NCBI GenBank assembly: GCA_951406725.2
Contig: OX597833.1
Coordinates: forward strand, 73,098,001 to 73,162,000
Origin: Octopus vulgaris
Lineage: Eukaryota
Direction of reading: 5' to 3'
Length of the DNA: 64,000 bases
Shown: in pieces, positions 43,001 to 52,482 of the stretch
How positions within the stretch are numbered: the first letter of the stretch is position 1
Layout of the letters: every line of letters starts with the position of its first letter
Made by a program: the position numbers and the translations under genes
The notes under the pieces: model-generated
The model's input: only the letters and a program-made list of their open reading frames with translations
Databases searched by the model: none
Told to the model about the DNA's origin: nothing

Positions 43001-46000
43001 AATAACAGTCAAATCTCACTGAAAACTCGCCTTATCTTAAAGGATGAAAAGAAGGGATGGAATGGCTTCAGCTGGAACCGTTTTTATCCCGTTGCCATGA
43101 CATTCTATGACTGTTGTAAATGAGTGTCATCCAAACAACGACCTTCACTTTTTACAGTCTTCTGTGAAAACGTGTCTGGCCACGGGGTGGGGATTAGTAT
43201 CAGCTTGCTTGGAAACACCTGAAGTTTCATGTTAAGAAGGGTATCTGGTTGCAGAAAACCTGCTTCACCCAATTCTGACGGATCCATGCTAACGTGGGGA
43301 AGTGGTGGATGTTAAAACAGTAATGATGATCTATCAATCCAAGTTGCGTACAGTGGGACTGAACCCCCAACCACACTGTCACGCCTGTCTCTTGTACCAT
43401 CAGTTTGCACCCCCACCCACCCTCTGCACCCAAACATGTATCGATCCTCCACTCAACCATTTTATCTTTGTTTTCTTGCAGGTTTTGGTTGTTACATTCA
43501 TTACGGCTCTTCTCAGTTTCCCAAATCAGTATACAAGGTATGTAGCAGCACACATTTTCAGCTATTAATGCATTAATGAATTACATTCTTGTGAAAAATA
43601 ATGCTGTTGGTTCCAGGTTTTTAATGAACCAATCTGGTTCACTGTATTTCTGACAGTGAGAGGGATGGGTAGGGGCCATTGCCACTCATTAGGTAATTCT
43701 GGGCCTTGAGTGCTAAAACACAGCAAACAGTGGGTGTTGACTAGATTCTCCACAGCTTAAACAAAATTTCTTAAGCCAAAAGAGAAGTCTCTGACAGAAA
43801 AGAGGAGAAGGGGGTACAAGTAGGAGAACAGGGTACAAGTCTCTTACAGAAAAGAGGAGAACAGGGTACAAGTAGGGCAGGAGAAGTGAGTCAGCCATGG
43901 GATGCTATGAAGCAGTAAGAGACAAAAGAAATTCACTCACTCTTTGCAAATGCACAAACACTGCACTTTGGTGCAAATTTTACTAAAGCTTTGAATAAAT
44001 TAAATTACATTTGACTCAAGATATAATGTAATCCAAATAAAGTGGTACAGGAAAACAAAACAAGGTATGAAATAAACTTGTATGCACATGCACGTTCCTT
44101 CCCTCAGGAACTGGCTTATGTTTCTTGCACATACCATCATCATTTACCATCCATGCTTCATGCTGGCATGGGTGGAATGGTTTGACCGGATCCGATGGGC
44201 CTAAGGATTGCATTGTGCTCCAGTGTTTGCTTTAGTATGGTTTCTGTGGTTGGATGTCCTTCCTAATGCCAACCATTTTACAGTGTTTCTGTTTTTCTTT
44301 CACGCCACCAGCACTAATGAGGCCCCCGCTTGGTTTGCAAAGACTACAAACCCTGAGGGGGGAAGCTTTGTATGAAAAGATGAGGGGTAAAATTATGATA
44401 GAAGGGACCAGACCAGAACAGGTTTCTTGCTGTCGAGGTGCTACATGACTTCTTATATTTAAGAAGGTTGGGAGTGAAGGTCTGAAGTGGGTGGGGATGA
44501 ATGGGGCAGAGGGCAGAAAGTGAGTGAAGAGTAGATGACTGGCAGTGTGGAGCAGCAGAAGAGTAATGATGAAGCAGTAGACAGGAGAAGGATGAGAGAA
44601 CAGAGATGATGTTGGGTAGGGAAGGGAGAAGCAAATGTATGAAGAAGGTAAGAGATAGGTGGTGGTGGTGGTGGTGGCTCAGTTGTGGAGGTGAAGATGA
44701 GGAGACAAGCTTCTTCTTGGAGAACTGTGAAATGTCAATGGACATCAGAACAAAGAGCTCTTGTTCTTTGTGTTCTGAGTTCAGATCCCATCAAAATCAA
44801 CTTTGCTTTTCATCCTTTCAGACTTGATAAGCTCACATACCAGCCACGTATTGGGGTCAATGTAATCAACTGGTCTCTGCTCAGAATTGCTGATCTTGTA
44901 TCCAATTCAGAAACAGTTATTTTAATATATACACTTGAAACTGTTTTAGATAAAAAAAAAAAGTCTATATAACTGTGTCACACAAATGGCACCTGTGCCG
45001 GTGTTATGTAAAAGCACCAATTACACTCTCAGAGTGGTTGGCATTAGGAAAGGCATCCAGCTGTTGAAACCATTCCAAATCAGACTGGAGCCTGGTGCAG
45101 CCTTCCAGCTTGCCAGCCCTGGTCAAACTGTCCAACCTATGTCAGCATGAACAATGGACGTTAAATGATGATGATGATGATGATAAGATTGATATTGTAA
45201 CATGAGAGCTAACATTCAAATTCCACTGAGGTTAACTTTGCCTTTCATCCTTTCGGGGTTGATAAATTAAGTACCAGTTGCGGACTGGGGTCAATCTAAT
45301 TGACTGGCCCCCTACCCCAAAATGTTAGGAATAACTCTAATTGTAATTTGGTTCCTCAGAGAAAATTTCTTAAAGAAACTTGTGAGAATCCAGCCACATT
45401 CTGAGGACATTGCCTGTTTCTTTGAATCCACTGTCATTGGTGTTTGGCTTGGACGCTTGCTTCCTAACCACATGGTCTCCGGTTCAATCTCATTGCCTGT
45501 TTCTTTGAATCCACTGTCATTGGTGTTTGGCTTGGACGCTTGCTTCCTAACCACATGGACTCCGGTTCAATCTCATTGCCTGTTTCTTTGAATCCACTGT
45601 CATTGGTGTTTGGCTTGGACGCTTGCTTCCTAACCACATGGTCTCCGGTTCAATCTCATTGCCTGTTTCTTTGAATCCACTGTCATTGGTGTTTGGCTTG
45701 GACGCTTGCTTCCTAACCACATGGTCTCCGGTTCAATCTCATTGCCTGTTTCTTTGAATCCACTGTCATTGGTGTTTGGCTTGGACGCTTGCTTCCTAAC
45801 CACATGGTCTCCGGTTCAATCTCATTGCCTGTTTCTTTGAATCCACTGTCATTGGTGTTTGGCTTGGACACTTGCTTCCTAACCACATGGTCTCCGGTTC
45901 AATCTCATTGCATGCTTTATTTAATAAGTATTTATTCTTGTTTCTATTTAGAATGAATTCCAGTGAATTGATCCGTCTTCTCGTTAACCGCTGTGGACCA

Positions 46001-46773
46001 GAAGGAACTCGAGAATTATGGTAAGTTTGTTTTATTTTTACTTCTATGTTATTTATACTTTTTATTTTTAATTTCTGTAAAATTAAGTCATTTTTAGTAT
46101 TTTCCTGTCATTTATTTTATAAGCAGAAATCTCATTGGTTACAGTTTTTCCAATTGTCCAGTCACTGGCTTGTTGCATTTCTGATAGTATGAGTGTGAAG
46201 GGAGTACCTATGCAACATGGGCAGAATTAATAGCACAAGGTATTTATCATCTGGATTAACAATGGCAGCATAAACATCATTAATCTAATCTGTTTGTTTA
46301 TCTCGTTGCAGTGACTATAACCGTAGTATAACAAATGTGAACATCTTTGGAGGAAGTGCCGTCGCTGGTGACGGGGTCATCCGGGCAGTTTGGCAGTTAT
46401 GCTTGGCGCTACTCTTTAAATCTATCATCACTATCTTCACTTTTGGCCTTAAAGTGAGTGAAATGATTACACATCCTGCTCTCTCTCTCTCATCGTAACT
46501 GAATGCATGATCTATTTCAGTAAGGTGTGTGTGTGTCTACTTGGTGCAGTTCATTATATTTGAGCGCATATGCACTAGGACTGTGTGTGTGCTTGCAGTG
46601 TATATGTGTACATTTTGGTTGTGTGCATGTGTATGTATGTACATAGTGTGTTTGTGTTGTAAAATACAATGGTGTTGATAGTGTGTGTGTATGCAGAACA
46701 TTGGAGGACCCTGCTTGCATCCAGGTGGCACTCATTTACAACTGTCAAATGATGTCAAGGCAAGGAGACTATT

Positions 46774-46814
<41 letters not shown>

Positions 46815-49800
46815 TGCTTATCTTCCTACACCTCAGTCGAACCGTCCAACCCATGCCAGCATGGAAAATGGACGTTAAACGATGACGATGATCATCCTCA
46901 TCCTCATTATTTCCATCATTGAATGTCTGTTTTCCCAGCTGTCATGGCTTGGATAGTTTGACAGGGTCCAATGAGCCACACACATGGAGAGAGGCAGTTT
47001 GTATGTTTGAGCTATGTGATATGTGTGTGTAGAATTGTATGTTCTCAATAATGTGTGTTTGTGTTGTATTAATGTTTATTGAACATCTGAACGTCCAAGC
47101 AATGATGAAGTGGATGTCTACACACAGGACACATCTACACCAATGGTGTGTGTGTGTGTGTGTGTGGTTCATGATGCTATTTATTAAACACTTTTGCACA
47201 TTATTTCTCAAACTTCCCTTTAGTCAATGACTGCAGTGTTTGAATTGTTTTCTTTTTCCAGGTGCCATGTGGTCTGTTTATTCCTAGTATGGTTGTTGGT
47301 GCCATTCTTGGCCGTATAGTTGGTATTGGCACTGAACAGTTAGTTGTGTAAGTTATTTCTCTCTACTTTGTTTCCCTTATTTTAATAGTAAATTCAGGAA
47401 GGAAGTGATGGCACTCATGACCTTTAAAAGAGGTTTTCCCATCCTCATAATCATCCTTTAATATCCGTTTTCCATGCTGGCTTTGCTTGAAGGGTTTAAC
47501 CAGAGCTGACAAGCTGTGGAGCTACACCAGGTTCTAGTTACCTCATGCAGGTGGAATTGATGTGGCTCATGTTCAGCTTGACATCTGGAAGTCTGTGACT
47601 GTGGGGAAAACATAGCCATATTTTCAGATGGCAAAGTGTGATCTTGGGAGATTTGGCTGCTATTTCTTGGGTATTATCTACCATTACATGATTTAATGTT
47701 AACGCCAAATCTCCATGGTGTACGATGGAGAGTTGGGCGTTATATCTAGCAGGTTGAATGACTTCATGGAGGTTCCCTTGTCAGATTGTCATCACCTTGT
47801 GTGTGTGTGTATGTATGTTTTAATATGACAAGGGCCATGCAGTGGGAATCTGATGTTTGCTTTGAATTCCTGTTTCATTTTCCCATTTTGTCACCTTGAT
47901 TGCATTGAGATAAGTATTGATCTTTGACTCTTTTTCCCTTTTCAAACTTTTTAAAAAGCTTCCTTAGAGGGACACTGCTCATGAACCTATCCAAAATCTC
48001 CACTCAGAAGAAAGTGGGGCCTGACTTGAATCCTGCAACTGACTCAACTTCACTACAGGCATCCAAGGGTCAGGTGTTGGGGCTAAACTGGGTGATAGAT
48101 TTAGTTCATCATCTGTCATCTAACAACAGAAACTGTCCCTCTGACAGACTTCCATATAGATTCTGTCTGCTAAATTTAACTCAGAGGGCTTTTGTTACAA
48201 GAAACATGTTCAAAATGGCATGCACTGAAATTGAACCTCAGAAACACATAGTTGTAAAGCTCACTTCTTAACCTCATAGTCTGACCTGTGCACTGTCCAC
48301 TCTTTACTGCATAGTTCTGACCATTATGCTAATTAATGAAATAAATAGATCTTCCCTTTCTCAGTAAAATGGTTTATCGGTGTGTCTGAGAAGTTAGGTG
48401 GGCAATTAAACTCTTTGCATATACAGTTGGCGATGTGGGTTCGAATTCCACTTGGTCTGCCTTCTTTTCTCCATTCCTTGAACTCATAATTTCTAGTTAG
48501 TAAAGCTCAGCTGTTTTCCAGTTGGCCTAAACTGAATTGCTGCTAACCGTTTACACAAGGACAATACCTTCAATCAGTGACCCGACCTCCCACTGATCTC
48601 TTATGAGCCACTCAACAGTTTCATCTTATAAAGCAGTGTAATGCTTGACTACAACGGAACCTTCTGACTTTCTTCCACTCATTGACCACCCTCTCTCTCT
48701 CTCTCTCTCTTCCATAAACCTGCTTAAACAGGTCTGACCAGAGCTACACAATATCTATCTTAACTTAATAATCTGATCGCTAAGGATTTTATCACAGGTT
48801 TTTGGTAAATCTTTCTCTTCATTCCCATTTCCCCCACAAACGAAACCTACCTGGTCAGTAGTGACACACACACACATCATTTTATAAAAATCCTTCACCA
48901 ACTTCATACTCTTTGTAGAGGAAGTGAAATTTAGAAGGTTACTGGAATACTAAGTAAGATGGTTTGGGTTAAATTGGTCAGAATTTGCTTCTTATTATTT
49001 CTCTACACAATATTTCAAGACCTTTTTTTTTTTATCTTTATTTTACAGGGCAAATAGGGATTCCTGGTTTTTTTCCAATATGTGTACATCTCAGGAGATG
49101 TGTACAGTTACTCCAGGTCTGTATGCCATGGTTGGAGCTGCTGCAGCACTTGGAGGGGTGACAAGGATGACAGGTAAGGGAAATAAAGTTGCTTCATCAA
49201 TTCTCACACACAACAAATACCATCTTCCTATTCGAGCAGAAAATAGAAACTTTAATTCTTTGTCACTGTACATTCAGAAGAAAGTGAAATTATGCTAAAT
49301 ACAACTAAATTGAAAACCATTTTTCCCTGGCTATATCAACAATTCTTGAAACTTTTAGGCGTGAATTTTACATACGTAGAAGCTTTTTTTTAACAAATTT
49401 TATCCTGAAAATCACCTGCCTAAATTACATAGGTGCACAAATTACATGGGTTTTTACAGTAATATGATATATTGTCTCCATGAAGCATAAATTTACTTCA
49501 CTTCCACTAATAAAAAATATTTCCCACTTTGCAAGATGATTCTCTCCCTTGCAATAGAAACAACCAACCAATAACACTGGTCAACGAAATGAAACTTTTT
49601 TTAATGATCAGAGTTTCCGACTGACTTTTCTGGGTTAATTTTTGATGTTGATTACGAATCTGAAGTCTGATTTTCTCTATCAGGTCACATTTTCATGTTA
49701 ATGATACCTGCTGTTTTAACTCATAGGATACGTAAAGTATGTCTATATAAAGTATACTGAATACAAGATACGATAATTTCATGGCTTTTTATTGTACAAA

Positions 49801-52446
49801 ATTTAAATTATTGTGTACAAATAAGTTAGAATACACTCAAATGCATAACAACTTAAAATCTTTGGGATTTGGACTTTCTATGGTGTTTTGTCTCAGGTTC
49901 ATCCCTATATAACATCCAACAGTAGTCAGCTAACATTCCTGCATTCCAAAATCCTTGATATTGTTGTTCCATCGATGCAATATCTTGACGAATGCGTTCC
50001 CCCTTGCTCATCAGACACTACTCCAAAGTTCTCTGCAAAAAAGTCCAGATGTGAATCAAGGAAATGGTCTTTTAGTGACATCCAACAGCCCATTGCAGTA
50101 TAGGAGTCTAGAAGACACTTCACTCCATTTCTGAACTCTAGAGATCTCTTGTTGCCTAGGAAATTTTCACAGAGCCATTTGAAGGATTCCCAGGCTTTAA
50201 GCTCAATCTCATCCAGTGCTGTGAGGAAGTGGTTGTCCTTCAGGAGTTGACCAGTGTAATTGAACATCTTAAGATACAACAAAAATTTGAACTGAACAAC
50301 TGTAACTGTTGTTCATTAATGTATGACATTGGTTGTGAGTTAACTTCTTGCTGAGACCTGTATGAAGAAAAATGTTGATAGAAACTTCATAAGAAATGGC
50401 AACACTTCAGTGTCTTCCACTTATGGCAGCTTCCCTGAGAGACACCCTTTGATACAACTGCAACGGTTATTTTCATAAATTGGAACTGTTTTAGTCTAAA
50501 ATAAATTGTTCTTAAGGCAGGATGGCATGGTCATGGCTAGAATGTCTTTAGTCATTCTTCTGTTCACTCGGAGCCAATGGTGGCTCGTAGATAAAATTAG
50601 TTGGGGTGCTGCTTCAGAAAATTTTTAGTGTTTTTTTAATATTGTGTAAAAGGAAACAAATATATAAAAAGAAAATTTATACATAAATTTGATCAGTTCA
50701 TGTTTCTGCCACTGCCAGGTGGTGTTTAATTTGTTCACTGAACACAGGCACAAATTCCCCCTTGTTTTTAAAAAATCACCCCTAAATCACAAAATAAGGG
50801 GGAAAATCTGGCAGCTACACTGAAGCTGGAAGCAGGATAACAATCTAATTCTACACTGTATCACATTCAAGACTATAAACACGTTTTTAAGCACAACACA
50901 TGTAGAATCAAAAGGAAACCCTACCTTTCACCAACACACCAGGGTCAACACTGCATGAAGCACAGTGCTCTCTCTCTCTCCCTAGCATGCAGCTTTCTAT
51001 CTTGGACATATGAGCATGTGCACAACTGCCAAACACTGCATCACTGGAACTGTGAAGCACACAGTTCTATACAAGGATTTTTGTATTTATTTTCATGAAC
51101 TCGGGAATGGCTACTGGCATTAAGCTTCAGGATTAAATAATGTCAAAGTATAGAGAAAGCATTAAAAAGGATTCATTATATTGAACGTTATTGATAATAT
51201 CGAGTGGAAATAGGGGGTGCCGCAGTACCTGTACACATGCCACCACTGCTTAGAGCTAAGCAACATTGACAACAGTTCCACTCATGATATTACTTTTGTT
51301 CTGCAGTTTTGTTTATCACAGCCATGGTCATACTGGAGCACTGCCTGCTGTTAGCATTTCGTTTTATATATTTTTTCCTGTACCTTTAATTTTAAAAATT
51401 ATTTGAAAAAATGTTTTTTATTAAATTCTATTTTCAGTGTCTTTGGTTGTGATAATGTTTGAGTTGACAGGTGGGCTGCAGTACATCGTACCTATGATGC
51501 TTGCTGTAATGACAAGTAAATGGGTCGGAGATGCTCTTGGCAAGGAAGGAATGTATCCTTTTTCTCAAGTCTGAAATTAAGAGTTTTATGTGTTTAATTT
51601 TTCCATTTAGTTGCAGGAAGATGAAGGGTGAAGATGGGTCTTGTGGGAATCACCTCACACTGTTGAGATCAATTCAGTATTTATTTTGAATTGTGGTTGT
51701 GAGGGAAGCCTCTGAAGGTTGGCCATATTGTTTTACTGCATAGATTTGTTGCATTGGGGAGTGCAGAACCGAAGAGTGGAGATGTTAAGAAGGGGCACGG
51801 ACAGGTGTATTGGGCAGCTTACAAGAGTAGGATGGGGGTCGGGGGTTATGCATGGCTTGTGTGTTCACGTGTATCTGTGTATGTTATCGATCGTGTTGTG
51901 AGAGTTTCTCATTCCTTCTTTAAATGTTCTTTATGCACAAAAGTATGCATATCTCACTCTAGTATGAGATTGCACCAGCATGGCCATGTGGATAGGGCAT
52001 ATACAAACTATTGGAATGAAATGTCTGTCAAAAGACCAGCGAGTCACATGGACTGAAGTGAGACATTACTGCAGTGTTTGGGATCAGCTCTTTAAATGAC
52101 TTTCAGGGCCCAAAAGTTATTTCAAGATACCAGACTAGGAAAGAGTAATCATAGGCACAGCAAGGGGTCGGACTCTGTAAGGAGCAGACAGCCACCATGT
52201 ATGGGTGTGTGTGTGCATGTGTGCGCACTGACGTTTACTGATCTGATCCATGCAAGCATGGAAAAGCATTAAAACGAAGATAATATTTACACACGATGTG
52301 TGGCTAAGAAGTTCATTCCCCAGTGTCATATGATTTTGGGTTCATTCTCACTGGGTAGCACCTTAGTTAAGTGCCTGCTGCTACAGTCCCAGATTGATCA
52401 AAACCTCGTGAGAGCATTTGGGGATGGAAATTGAAAAAAAGGCTAT

Positions 52447-52482
<36 letters not shown>

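Noticed and set aside
45408-45911. Regular array superficially like CRISPR
   Set aside because: Units are identical end to end with no unique spacers, and the context is a eukaryotic intron.
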